Source: Bacillota bacterium (GTDB taxonomy: Bacteria; Bacillota; Dehalobacteriia; UBA4068). Taken from it: a DNA stretch of 64,000 bases. Position 1 is the stretch's first letter. Each line of letters starts with the position of its first letter. The notes beneath the pieces were generated by a model, which saw nothing but the letters and a program-made list of their open reading frames with translations, did no database searches and was not told where the DNA came from. A program made the position numbers and the translations under genes. Below, piece after piece: positions 49,764-58,240 of this stretch. Location of the stretch: positions 36 to 64,035 of the forward strand of contig DAIMZM010000001.1 in the NCBI GenBank assembly GCA_036733985.1, written 5' to 3'.

Positions 49764-50612
49764 TCAATAGAAGTCCAGCACATCTTCGGAGATGCCGCTT
49801 TCCAGCAGGGATTCGTCGGTAATGGCCACCCAGACCAGCTGGCTGACATAATGGGGCTTGGTGCAGAGCAGCCCGGAAGTCCGGGCATATTCCTCATAAT
49901 AGCCGGATAAGCCGTCGATCATCATTTCCGCCCGGCCCACGGTCAGGTCGGTGATGGCCGCCATATAGGAGCTGAAAATGAATTCCGCCTGGTAATTGCG
50001 GGAATTGGCAAAGTGGGTGACCAGCTCTACCTCCAGCCCGGCCAGGGACTCTTGCTCAAAATCCCAGTAGCAATAGGGATAATAATCCTCGCAAACCACC
50101 CGGATCGTTTCTCCGGTACCGGTAGCCGGCACATCCCGGCGCTGATAATCCGCCAGAAAAGCCGCGTCCCCCCGGCGCACAAGATCCGCGTAAGCTTCCG
50201 TTTGCTGGAATTCCTCGATAAAAGCGTCGTATTCCTGCTGCAGGTCAGGCCGCCCCGGCGTCACAAAGGCCAGGATTTCGTCTTCCACGATGGGCGGGGA
50301 GAGAACGGTAAAAGCCGGCATGCTGCGGCACAGCAAGCCGGCGCTGGCCATTTCCAGGGCCAGATAATCCACATAGCCGTATTTCATGGCCATCACCGCC
50401 CCGGCCATGCTGTTATAACGCAGGATCTCCGCCTCTTCCGCCCAAGGGCATTGATCAAAATAACAATCCGCGTTCCAGCTCAGGACGACGCCGATGGTAC
50501 CGCTTTGCCAGTCCTCCTGGTCCGGTACGCCGGTGGGGCGGGCCTTTGGGGCGCAAGCGGACAGGGCCAGCAACAAAACCAGAAACAGCAGGGCGACAGA
50601 CGCCTTTTTCAT
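49764..50612 (-). CDS. putative substrate-binding lipoprotein of the amino-acid ABC system
   Basis: Lipobox LLALSAC; operon position; weak family similarity only. Confidence 0.6.
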   Translation of the reverse strand: MKKASVALLFLVLLLALSACAPKARPTGVPDQEDWQSGTIGVVLSWNADCYFDQCPWAEEAEILRYNSMAGAVMAMKYGYVDYLALEMASAGLLCRSMPAFTVLSPPIVEDEILAFVTPGRPDLQQEYDAFIEEFQQTEAYADLVRRGDAAFLADYQRRDVPATGTGETIRVVCEDYYPYCYWDFEQESLAGLEVELVTHFANSRNYQAEFIFSSYMAAITDLTVGRAEMMIDGLSGYYEEYARTSGLLCTKPHYVSQLVWVAITDESLLESGISEDVLDFY

Positions 50613-50687
50613 GCCTTCATCTCCCAGGCAACCCGAATCATGCTTTACAACAACATATTTTAGCAAAATATTACAATATCTGTCAAT

Positions 50688-50730
50688 AAAAAACGCCTAA
50701 AAAAGGCCGGGACAGGATTTGTCCCGGCCT
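50688..50730 (-). terminator. terminator (AGGCCGGGACAAATCCTGTCCCGGCCT then TTTTTTAGGCGTTTTT)
   Basis: Perfect 11-bp stem plus long T-tract on minus strand after the 75-aa gene. Confidence 0.8.
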
Positions 50731-50750
50731 TGATGCGTACCCGCCGGCTT

Positions 50751-50978
50751 TTATAAGGTAATGGACGAGGTGTATTCCACCTTGATCTCATTATCCTTGG
50801 TCCGGGCCAGTTTGGCCTTGTTGCCCCGGCCGTCGTCAATGGTCATTTTCTCAATGCTGAACTGGTTAAAAAAATTGACCGCATCGGCTTCCACAAAGGC
50901 GGCCCAGTTCTTTTTCCGCTGGCTGCCCGGCGCCAGGGCTTCTTCCAGGGACTGGGGATTTGCATAATTCTGGCTCAT
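50751..50978 (-). CDS. small hypothetical protein (75 aa, hydrophilic)
   Basis: AGGAGGAAAC RBS, own terminator. Confidence 0.5.
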   Translation of the reverse strand: MSQNYANPQSLEEALAPGSQRKKNWAAFVEADAVNFFNQFSIEKMTIDDGRGNKAKLARTKDNEIKVEYTSSITL

Positions 50979-51039
50979 AGTTTCCTCCTCTTGGCTTGGT
51001 CTGCCGTTTTAGTATACCACAGGGGGAGGGGGGAAGTAA

Positions 51040-51132
51040 ATGCTTCCTTTGGCCAAAAGCGGCAAACAGGGCCTCAAGCTTTACATGGATTTTACAGAAC
51101 TGGAAAATCCGTCGCTTTTTACCGCTTTTTTG
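51040..51132 (+). other. structured leader: nested hairpins (outer AAAAGCGG/CCGCTTTT, inner GGATTTT/AAAATCC) ending in T6; attenuator or riboswitch-like element upstream of the secreted protein gene
   Basis: Complementarity read directly; possible promoter TTGGCT-16-TATACC at about 50995-51022; 130-nt AT-rich spacer to the ATG. Confidence 0.35.
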
Positions 51133-51263
51133 CAAATAGGGCTTGAAGTTTGCATCTATATTCTGTTATTATTAATTTACGCTGAAAGAACCGCAGTATT
51201 GTTTCTGAGATTTTGCTGTTCATTCAGATTATATTAATTCACATTATTAGGAGGTTTTTTAAA

Positions 51264-51995
51264 ATGAAGGACATGAAGCTGTTGCTGGTCATGGCGCTGG
51301 CCCTGTCTTTAGTCTTCGCTTTTGGCGCTGTTGCTCTGGCTGAGGAGGCCACCCCGGCTCCCGACGCTACCACCGAGACCCCCCCTGCGGAAACGGCCCA
51401 GCCCACCGAAGAGGTGACCACCGACGCCCCTGCTGAGGAAGAAGCGCCCGCGGAACCCTTTGTGATCCCGGTGCCGGAAAAGGTTCAGCTGACCAATCAG
51501 GCCCTCACTGTTGACGGCAAAGCCGTGACCCCTGCCGCTTACAATATCGACGGCTACAACTACTTCAAGCTCCGGGATCTGGCCGCGCTGCTGAAGGATA
51601 GCGGGTCCAAGTTCAACATTGCCGTGGATGCCGAGACCTTCACCATCACCCTGACCAAGGGCGAAGCCTACACCCCCATCGAGGGCGATCTGGCCGCTAT
51701 TGAAGACAAATCCGCCACCTGCGTGCCCAGCACCTGGAAGGTACAGATCGGCGACGCAGCTGCCGAAGTCCTGGTCTACAATATCGGCGGCAACAACTTC
51801 TTCAAGCTGAGCGACCTGGGCACGGCCCTGGGCTTCGGCGTGAAGTATGACGAAGCCAGCCGCACCATCATCGTGGAAAGCGCCGGCTATGTGGCCCCCG
51901 CTGAAACCCCCGCCGAGACCCCTGCCGAGACTCCTGCCGAAACCCCGGCGGAGACTCCTGCCGAAACCACCGAAACCACCACGCCTGACGCCTAA
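51264..51995 (+). CDS. secreted protein with two copper-amine-oxidase-N-terminal-like (stalk) repeats and C-terminal (PAET)n tail
   Basis: Signal peptide MKDMKLLLVMALALSLVFAFGAVALA; two copies of the V-G-x-YNI-G-NYFKL-DL motif; start trimmed from the track ORF. Confidence 0.75.
   Translation: MKDMKLLLVMALALSLVFAFGAVALAEEATPAPDATTETPPAETAQPTEEVTTDAPAEEEAPAEPFVIPVPEKVQLTNQALTVDGKAVTPAAYNIDGYNYFKLRDLAALLKDSGSKFNIAVDAETFTITLTKGEAYTPIEGDLAAIEDKSATCVPSTWKVQIGDAAAEVLVYNIGGNNFFKLSDLGTALGFGVKYDEASRTIIVESAGYVAPAETPAETPAETPAETPAETPAETTETTTPDA
51900..51968 (+). repeat. in-frame 12-nt tandem repeat (CCNGCNGAGACN), 5-6 copies encoding PAETPAETPAET
   Basis: Read directly. Confidence 0.8.
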
Positions 51996-52023
51996 GCCGG
52001 TTTTCGGCCAGGCTTTGCTCAGC

Positions 52024-52057
52024 AAAGTACAGCTTTAGACATAAAAGTACAGCTTTA
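52024..52057 (+). repeat. two perfect 14-bp direct repeats AAAGTACAGCTTTA with 20-bp period in the 3'UTR
   Basis: Read directly. Confidence 0.7.
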
Positions 52058-52073
52058 CACCTATCAGAACAAT

Positions 52074-52106
52074 GGCAGGCGGCCCTTTCGGGCCGCCTGC
52101 TTTTCC
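52074..52106 (+). terminator. terminator (GGCAGGCGGCCC-TTTC-GGGCCGCCTGC then TTTTCC)
   Basis: 12-bp stem plus T-tract. Confidence 0.75.
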
Positions 52107-52108
52107 AC

Positions 52109-52137
52109 TTTACCCGGGCGGGATCTTAGGCTATAAT
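52109..52137 (+). promoter_or_regulatory. promoter of the NTPase gene (TTTACC-17-TATAAT)
   Basis: Hexamers read directly. Confidence 0.45.
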
Positions 52138-52225
52138 CGTACTATATTGCGGGTTCTATTGCCGGGCTGTCCGCTGTTTCCGCCCTGACGGAAGCCAAAG
52201 CCCAGGCTGATCCAAGGGGGATTCC

Positions 52226-52765
52226 ATGCACGTTTTCCTCACCGGCCCGATCCAGGCGGGCAAAAGCACCGTGATCAACAAAACCGTGGCCAATCTGCCC
52301 CCAGAACTGCTGGCCGGTTTCCGCACGGTCAGCCTGGCTTCCCAACTGCCCCAGGCCCTGGCGGAAACCTATATCGTGCCGGCCTGGGAGGCGGCGCCGG
52401 CCCTGAACCGGGACCGCCTGATCGGCATCCGCTGGGGGGAAGGGCTTTATACCCCCTTTGCCGGGGCTTTCGATAGCGGCGGCCTGGCCATCCTGGGGGC
52501 AAAACGGCAGGCCAATCTGTTGCTCATGGATGAGCTGGGCTTCATGGAGAGCCAAGCGCCCCGCTTCTGCCAGGCTGTGCTAAGCCTGCTGGATCAGGAT
52601 ACCCCCATCCTGGGGGTGGTGAAGCCCAGATCCACGCCCCTGCTGGACAGTGTGCGCCAGCATCCCGGCGTCAAAGTGCTGACGGTCAATGAAAACAACC
52701 GGGATCAGCTGCCCCGATTGATCCGGGAATTGCTGATCCTCCAGCCGGCGCAGCCTCGGCCTTAG
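52226..52765 (+). CDS. THEP1-like nucleoside-triphosphatase (P-loop NTPase)
   Basis: MHVFLTGPIQAGKSTV Walker A at the extreme N-terminus, about 180 aa. Confidence 0.65.
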   Translation: MHVFLTGPIQAGKSTVINKTVANLPPELLAGFRTVSLASQLPQALAETYIVPAWEAAPALNRDRLIGIRWGEGLYTPFAGAFDSGGLAILGAKRQANLLLMDELGFMESQAPRFCQAVLSLLDQDTPILGVVKPRSTPLLDSVRQHPGVKVLTVNENNRDQLPRLIRELLILQPAQPRP

Positions 52766-53529
52766 GCGTTGGCAAAAAAAGCCTTAGCCGCCGCCACCAC
52801 CTGCCCGGTTTGCCCCGGCCCCTCAAAGCGGTGATTCGCGCCGGCTACCACCAGCAGCCGGGCCTTGAAGCGCTGGGCAAAGGCCTGGGCGTCCGCCAGG
52901 GGCGCGGTCTCATCCGCGTCCCCATGGATCATCAATAGCTCGGCCATGTCCGGGCGGCACAGGCTGAAGGCGTCGTGAGTCTGTAAATCCCGGCGGAAGC
53001 CGGGGGTCACTTTAAAAGGCCGCTGATAATCCCCCCGTACCCAGCACCAGCCCTGGGCTTCCAGCAAGGCCAGATCCTCCGGGGCGGCTTCGGCCTCGAA
53101 AAGGTTGGGCATGGTCACGGCGGCGCAGCGGAGCATGGCCTTTTGGCCCTGATGGGGTCGGAGGGCCAAATAGAGGCTGAGCAGATAAGCGCCGAAGCTG
53201 GAGCCAAAATAGCAGAGCTCCGCCTCAGGGGCCTGGGCCAGGGCAAAAACCTCTGCCGCGGCGATATCGTCCAGGCAATTGCCGATCCGGAGGCTTAAGC
53301 CCTCGTCCCGGCTTTCGCCATGGCCGGGAAAATCAAAGCAGAGATACCCCAGGCCCAAAGGTAGCAGGGCTTGCCAAAGCTCCTGATTGGTGCCGCTGTC
53401 TTTGCTGGAGCCAAAGCCGTGGCAGGCCAGGACCACCCGTCTGGCCTGGGGCGGGATTTGGTACAGGCAGGGGATGGCGTAACCGGCTTTGCCGGAAAGC
53501 TCAGTCTTGGTCATCATGGTTTCAGTCAT
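52762..53529 (-). CDS. alpha/beta hydrolase
   Basis: GxSxG nucleophile elbow (GSSFG), HG oxyanion motif (ACHGFGSS); start set at MTETMM with RBS. Confidence 0.75.
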   Translation of the reverse strand: MTETMMTKTELSGKAGYAIPCLYQIPPQARRVVLACHGFGSSKDSGTNQELWQALLPLGLGYLCFDFPGHGESRDEGLSLRIGNCLDDIAAAEVFALAQAPEAELCYFGSSFGAYLLSLYLALRPHQGQKAMLRCAAVTMPNLFEAEAAPEDLALLEAQGWCWVRGDYQRPFKVTPGFRRDLQTHDAFSLCRPDMAELLMIHGDADETAPLADAQAFAQRFKARLLVVAGANHRFEGPGQTGQVVAAAKAFFANA

Positions 53530-53726
53530 CCTGGAAGGCGTCCTTTTCCCTATTTTTCTTATATTTTCCACAATTATCACTGAAAACCTGCCTGCTCTCC
53601 CCTGATGCCGCCAGATTTTCCTTGCCCCGGGCCCTTAGGCTTAGTATAATAGCAGTAGCATCATGATAATACCTATTCCGGATTCCGGCAGGCCTGGCCG
53701 CCGGACCAGAGAGAGAGGCGGGCAAA

Positions 53727-54125
53727 ATGGCCAAATACCAAGTAAACGTCCCGGAGCTGGATATACGCTGGCGGGACCGGAAAAGGATCATCTTCGGTTT
53801 ACCCTGGACCTTTACGGTTTATTCACTGACGCCGGAAAAGCTGCTGATCGAAACCGGCCTGTTCAATAAAAAGCAGGAGGAAATCCGCCTCTACCGGGTG
53901 ATGGATCTGACCCTGAGGCGGCGGCTGGGCGAGCGCATTTTCGGCCTGGGCAGCATACACTGCTGCTCCGCGGATAAATCCACCCCGGAATTTATCATCA
54001 AGCGGATCAAGAAAAGCCCGGAGGTCAAAGAGCTGCTCTCCAATATGGTGGAAAAGGAGCGGGAAGCCAAGCGGGTGTTCAGCCGCGAATTCATGAGCGA
54101 TATGGACGGCGAAGCCATCGGCTGA
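53727..54125 (+). CDS. PH (bPH_2-like) domain-containing protein, soluble
   Basis: Bacterial PH-domain pattern (EIRLYRVMDLTLRRRLGERIFGLGSI); GAGAGAGG RBS. Confidence 0.6.
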   Translation: MAKYQVNVPELDIRWRDRKRIIFGLPWTFTVYSLTPEKLLIETGLFNKKQEEIRLYRVMDLTLRRRLGERIFGLGSIHCCSADKSTPEFIIKRIKKSPEVKELLSNMVEKEREAKRVFSREFMSDMDGEAIG

Positions 54126-54192
54126 CCCCGGCGCATAAGCAAAAATTTAGGGCGTTCCCCCTGGGGGAACGCCCTTGTTTTCTTGCGGCCGC

Positions 54193-54912
54193 TTAAATAT
54201 AGTGAATCTCCACGCTGCCCATGGTGACGGCGCCGCAGACGGTGAGCTGGGGCGCTCCCTCCTCCGGTTGGGAAAGGTACGTGTCGTTTTCCACACCGCC
54301 CAAATTGGCCCGCAGCTGATCCACGACCCGCCAGCTTCTGGGTACAAAGAGCTTGATCTCGCCAAAGCTGCAGTCCAGCTCGACTTGAGCCCCTGCCGGG
54401 CTTAAAATCGCCTGGTCAAAGAAGACGCTTAAAGCGCCGAAGGAGACGCTGAAATTCCCGCTGCTCAGGCAATCCCCATGTAAATACTTGCTGGAAGCGC
54501 CGAAGCTGACCCGGACATAGGGATTATTACCGTCAATATCCTCCCGGGTTTCCCCATGCTGCCCGTAAGGCCCGCAACCCTCCCGGCGGCGGCTGAGATA
54601 GCGCCGGCTGTTGTTCCGGAAGATGCAGGACAGGCCGATGCTGAGCAGGATAGCGGAGAGCAGCAGCAGCCAGAAGGAGATATAGGCCAGGCCCAAAGGC
54701 TGCTGGTAAATCAGATACAGCAAAGCCAGGCTGAGCAGGATGCCGAAAAATTCCCCCTTGACCGCGCTTTTGATCAGCACCGCTGCCAGCAAAATCGTGG
54801 CCAGCAGGCTGACAAAGCCGATTTGGCTAAAGCTGCCCAGCTGGCTGGCCAGGAGGAAAACCGCTGCCAGGATAAAGAAAACGCCCCAAAACCAATTCCT
54901 TTTATCATGCAT
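54193..54912 (-). CDS. LiaF-like membrane protein (N-terminal TM helices plus C-terminal DUF2154/LiaF beta-domain); putative LytTR-system membrane partner
   Basis: 4 TM segments then LiaF C-terminal-like repeats (SFGEIKLFVP...VCGAVTMGSVEI). Confidence 0.7.
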   Translation of the reverse strand: MHDKRNWFWGVFFILAAVFLLASQLGSFSQIGFVSLLATILLAAVLIKSAVKGEFFGILLSLALLYLIYQQPLGLAYISFWLLLLSAILLSIGLSCIFRNNSRRYLSRRREGCGPYGQHGETREDIDGNNPYVRVSFGASSKYLHGDCLSSGNFSVSFGALSVFFDQAILSPAGAQVELDCSFGEIKLFVPRSWRVVDQLRANLGGVENDTYLSQPEEGAPQLTVCGAVTMGSVEIHYI

Positions 54913-54944
54913 AAAAAAGCTCCTTTCTTTAATAAACCCGTTCT

Positions 54945-55400
54945 TTAATATACCCGTTCATTCAAACGCTGCCTGAGCGCCTGATAATAGCGCCGGGAAA
55001 CATAGACCTGCTTATGGCTGTTCCTGAATTTGACCAGGCTGGAGGCTGTGAGATTGACGGCGATGGAATAGACCTGCCGGGTATTGAGGATGGCGGATTT
55101 GGAGGCGCGGATAAAGCAGCGGGGCAGCAGGTTTTCCAATTCATACAAACGGTATTTGATGCGGAAAGCATCGGTATCCGTATGGGCGAAAATATCATCC
55201 CCATCCGTTTCAAAGAACAGCACCGTCTCCAGGGGGAAATAAAAGGCCTCATTGTCTTTGTAGAAGGCGATCCGGCTGTTGGCGGCGTCCTGCTCCCGGA
55301 TGAATTGGGCGATCCTCCGGATGTTTTCATCCACGCGGCCGCAGCGGATCAGCGCTTCATCCTCGGCAAGCCCGTTCACCAGTTCAATATGTACCTTCAC
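54945..55400 (-). CDS. stand-alone LytTR family DNA-binding regulator (GTG start)
   Basis: LytTR domain (FYFPLETVLFFETDGDDIFAHTD...FIRASKSAILN); GGAGG 7 nt upstream of GTG. Confidence 0.8.
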   Translation of the reverse strand: MKVHIELVNGLAEDEALIRCGRVDENIRRIAQFIREQDAANSRIAFYKDNEAFYFPLETVLFFETDGDDIFAHTDTDAFRIKYRLYELENLLPRCFIRASKSAILNTRQVYSIAVNLTASSLVKFRNSHKQVYVSRRYYQALRQRLNERVY

Positions 55401-55496
55401 CCGGCATCCTCCTTTTCTGTAGCAGTAAAAGCTTTAGCCTGGCTTCTGCCGTCATTATAACGCCTGCCGGCCGCTTTGGGAAGGGCTTTTGGCTAT

Positions 55497-55525
55497 GCGG
55501 TAAGCTTTAGGCCTCAAGCGGTAAG
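55497..55525. promoter_or_regulatory. direct repeats GCGGTAAG x2 with 21-bp phasing (plus a related GCAGTAAAAGCTTTAGCC copy at 55413-55431) in the LytTR/patatin divergent intergenic region; candidate LytTR binding sites
   Basis: Read directly; LytTR proteins bind phased direct repeats. Confidence 0.35.
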
Positions 55526-55629
55526 GATCCCGCTATCAAAGCCCGGTCCCGAAGCTTGGCCGGGCTTTGCCTCACCATTTCCGCTTTGGGCAATAGACTA
55601 TAGCAATAACGAGAGAAGGAGGGCATACT

Positions 55630-56592
55630 ATGATCGCCGTCTTAGCCATAGATGGCGGCGGTATCCGGGGGATCATCCCCGCCGCTTTCCTGGTGGAATT
55701 GGAAAGACGCACCGGCCAGCCTATTTGCCGGCTCTTCGACCTGGTGGCCGGCACCTCCACCGGGGGGATACTGGCCGCCCTGCTCACGGTTCCCAATCAC
55801 CGCAACCAGCCCAAATACTCGGCGGAGCAGGCGCGCCTGGCCTATCTGCAGCATGGGGGGGAGATTTTCCACCGCAGCCCCTTAAGAAAAGCCGCCACCC
55901 TGGGGGGCCTGACCCGGCCCAAATATTCGCCCAAAGCCCTGGAGCGGATCCTTGAGGAATACCTGGGCAAAAAGCGGCTGCATACCACTTTGACGGAAAT
56001 CCTGGTCACCGCCTACGACATGTCCAGCAGCACCCCCTGGTTTTTCAAAACCTCCTTTGCCAGAGAGCACCGGGCCCCGGCGGACGATCCCCTGCTGACC
56101 CAGGTGGTGCGGGCCACCACAGCCGCGCCCACCTATTTCCCGCCCCTGGCCATGGAAGGCCACTGCCTGATCGACGGCGGCGTCTTTGCCGCCAATCCGG
56201 CGGTTTGCGCCCTGGCCCAGGCCCGGAACATGTACCCGGAGGAGCGGGATTTCCTGGTCGTCTCCCTGGGCACCGGCCTGATCACCCATAACCGGCCCTG
56301 CAGCCAGGTGGAACGCTGGGGCACTGCGGATTGGGCCGTGCCCATCAGCTCGGTGATGCTAAACGCCGCCAGCGCCACGGTGAATTATCAGATGCGGGCC
56401 CTGGCCGGCAAGAAAAAGTATGTACGCTTCCAGGTGCTGCTGGACGGCGCTTCCAGCGACATGGACGACGCCAGCCCGGAGAATATGCTCAAGCTGGACG
56501 CCATTGCCCAACAAGCGGTGATCCGGTATGACGCCGCCCTGGACCGGGTCTGCACGATGCTGGAAGAAAAAAACCAGGCCGCCCCGGACTAG
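55630..56592 (+). CDS. patatin-like phospholipase
   Basis: GGGIRG oxyanion motif, GTSTG serine hydrolase motif, DGG catalytic Asp. Confidence 0.9.
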   Translation: MIAVLAIDGGGIRGIIPAAFLVELERRTGQPICRLFDLVAGTSTGGILAALLTVPNHRNQPKYSAEQARLAYLQHGGEIFHRSPLRKAATLGGLTRPKYSPKALERILEEYLGKKRLHTTLTEILVTAYDMSSSTPWFFKTSFAREHRAPADDPLLTQVVRATTAAPTYFPPLAMEGHCLIDGGVFAANPAVCALAQARNMYPEERDFLVVSLGTGLITHNRPCSQVERWGTADWAVPISSVMLNAASATVNYQMRALAGKKKYVRFQVLLDGASSDMDDASPENMLKLDAIAQQAVIRYDAALDRVCTMLEEKNQAAPD

Positions 56593-56702
56593 CTGCTTAA
56601 TTCCGCCAAAGCCTTGGCCCAGCAAGCCCCAGCGCCTTTAGGGCTGATACATAATCCGGCGCCGACCGCGCATACTGTTAGCATCCCAGCAAGGAGGCGC
56701 TT

Positions 56703-56933
56703 ATGGACAAAATGCAGGAAAAAAGGGACAGAAGCCTGGACTTTCTGGACGGCTGCCAAGTGGCTTCGGCCAGGGAATGCACCGGCTTGATCCAGGGTAT
56801 GCCCACGGATGAGGGGGAAACCGAATCCTATGCGGATCTCTACCCCATCCCGGAGCAACAGCCCCTGGATCCGGGGAAAACCAACCGCCAGGATCTGCGG
56901 GATCCCATTGGCAAAAACCTGAAATCCCTATAG
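56703..56933 (+). CDS. small acidic hypothetical protein (76 aa)
   Basis: AAGGAGG RBS at optimal spacing; followed by terminator. Confidence 0.5.
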   Translation: MDKMQEKRDRSLDFLDGCQVASARECTGLIQGMPTDEGETESYADLYPIPEQQPLDPGKTNRQDLRDPIGKNLKSL

Positions 56934-56937
56934 GCCC

Positions 56938-56998
56938 AAAAACCGCCGCTGTGTAACCACCCCTTTCCGGAGGGTCTAAACAGCGGCGGTTTTATTTG
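56938..56998. terminator. bidirectional terminator (AAAACCGCCGCTG...CAGCGGCGGTTTT, inner hairpin in the loop) between the small gene and convergent mutY
   Basis: 13-bp outer stem with T-tracts on both strands. Confidence 0.7.
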
Positions 56999-57016
56999 TT
57001 TGGCTCTGATAAAGCT

Positions 57017-58078
57017 TTAGAACGCTTGGCAGAAGGGCTGGAAGGCCGAGGGCAAGGCCAGCTTCCCGGCCAGCGCTTCCCTGGTGGCCCAGGTGAAGCC
57101 GGGAACCGTATCCGTACAGCTGACCACATAGCTGGTCATCTCCCAGACCACATGGGTGAACACATGCTTATAACCGGGCCCCTGCCGCATCCCGGCAACG
57201 GTGAGGCCCCAGGCGCTGAGCTGCCCCGCCGCCTCCCCAGGGGTCAAAGCCCCCTCCACATTGGGAAATTCCCAAAGCCGGGCCAGCAAGGCCCGGGCCG
57301 GCCGCTGCCGCAGGGCCACCTGATCCTGGGCCAGCAGCAGGAAAACGGTTTTCTGTTCCAGCCTTTTGGGCCTGCTTTTGGCCTTCACCGGCAAAACGGC
57401 CTGTTGGCCCCGGGCCAAGGCCTGGCAGCAGAAAGCCAGGGGGCAGAGGCCGCACTGGGGCTCAGGCTTAGGCTGGCAGATCAGCGCGCCCAGCTCCATC
57501 AGGCTTTGCGTGAAATCCCCTGCCCGGCCAGTTGGATAAACAGCTTCCAGCAGCTTGCTGATTTTCAGCTTCATGGCCGGGGCGGCAATATCCGCAGCGT
57601 CCCCGGTAAGCCTGGCCATGACCCGGAGCACATTGCCGTCCACAGCGGGCCGGGGCTGGTCAAAGCAGATGGAGGCGATGGCCCCGGCGGTGTAGGGGCC
57701 GATCCCCGGCAAGGACAGGATATCCGGATAATCCTCTGGAAAACGGTTGTTGAACTTTTCCCGGATCATCCGGGCCGCCTGTTGCAAATGCCGGGCCCGG
57801 CTATAATAGCCCAGGCCTTCCCAGAGCTTCAGCAGCTGGCCTTCGTCCAGCTCAGCCAGGCTTTGAAGATCCGGAACCGCTGCCAGGAAGCGGTTATAAT
57901 AAGGCAGGGCCGTCTCCACCTGGGTTTGCTGCAGCATGATTTCCGAAACCCAGACCCGGTAAGGGTCCCGGTTCAGCCGCCAGGGCAAAGCCCTGGCGTT
58001 TTCCTCATACCAGGCTAAAAGCGGCGCGACAATGGCCTCTAGCCCTTCCCCGCTTTTGGCGGTGTTTTCCTCGGTCAT
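57017..58078 (-). CDS. mutY: A/G-specific adenine DNA glycosylase
   Basis: HhH-GPD, 4Fe-4S Cys cluster (CQPKPEPQCGLCPLAFCC), NUDIX-like C-domain; start trimmed to MTEENT. Confidence 0.9.
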   Translation of the reverse strand: MTEENTAKSGEGLEAIVAPLLAWYEENARALPWRLNRDPYRVWVSEIMLQQTQVETALPYYNRFLAAVPDLQSLAELDEGQLLKLWEGLGYYSRARHLQQAARMIREKFNNRFPEDYPDILSLPGIGPYTAGAIASICFDQPRPAVDGNVLRVMARLTGDAADIAAPAMKLKISKLLEAVYPTGRAGDFTQSLMELGALICQPKPEPQCGLCPLAFCCQALARGQQAVLPVKAKSRPKRLEQKTVFLLLAQDQVALRQRPARALLARLWEFPNVEGALTPGEAAGQLSAWGLTVAGMRQGPGYKHVFTHVVWEMTSYVVSCTDTVPGFTWATREALAGKLALPSAFQPFCQAF

Positions 58079-58240
58079 CTTTATGAAATATCCCCCGGCA
58101 CTGGTATCAAAATTGCGGGCGGTTTCCTTGGCCCGGCTGCCAACAGTATAGCAATGTTCTTGGTAAAAGTCTATGGGGAGGCTGCCGGATCCCGGCCCCT
58201 GGAAATACTTACCGGTCAAGTTTAAAAAGGCCGGCCTGCC

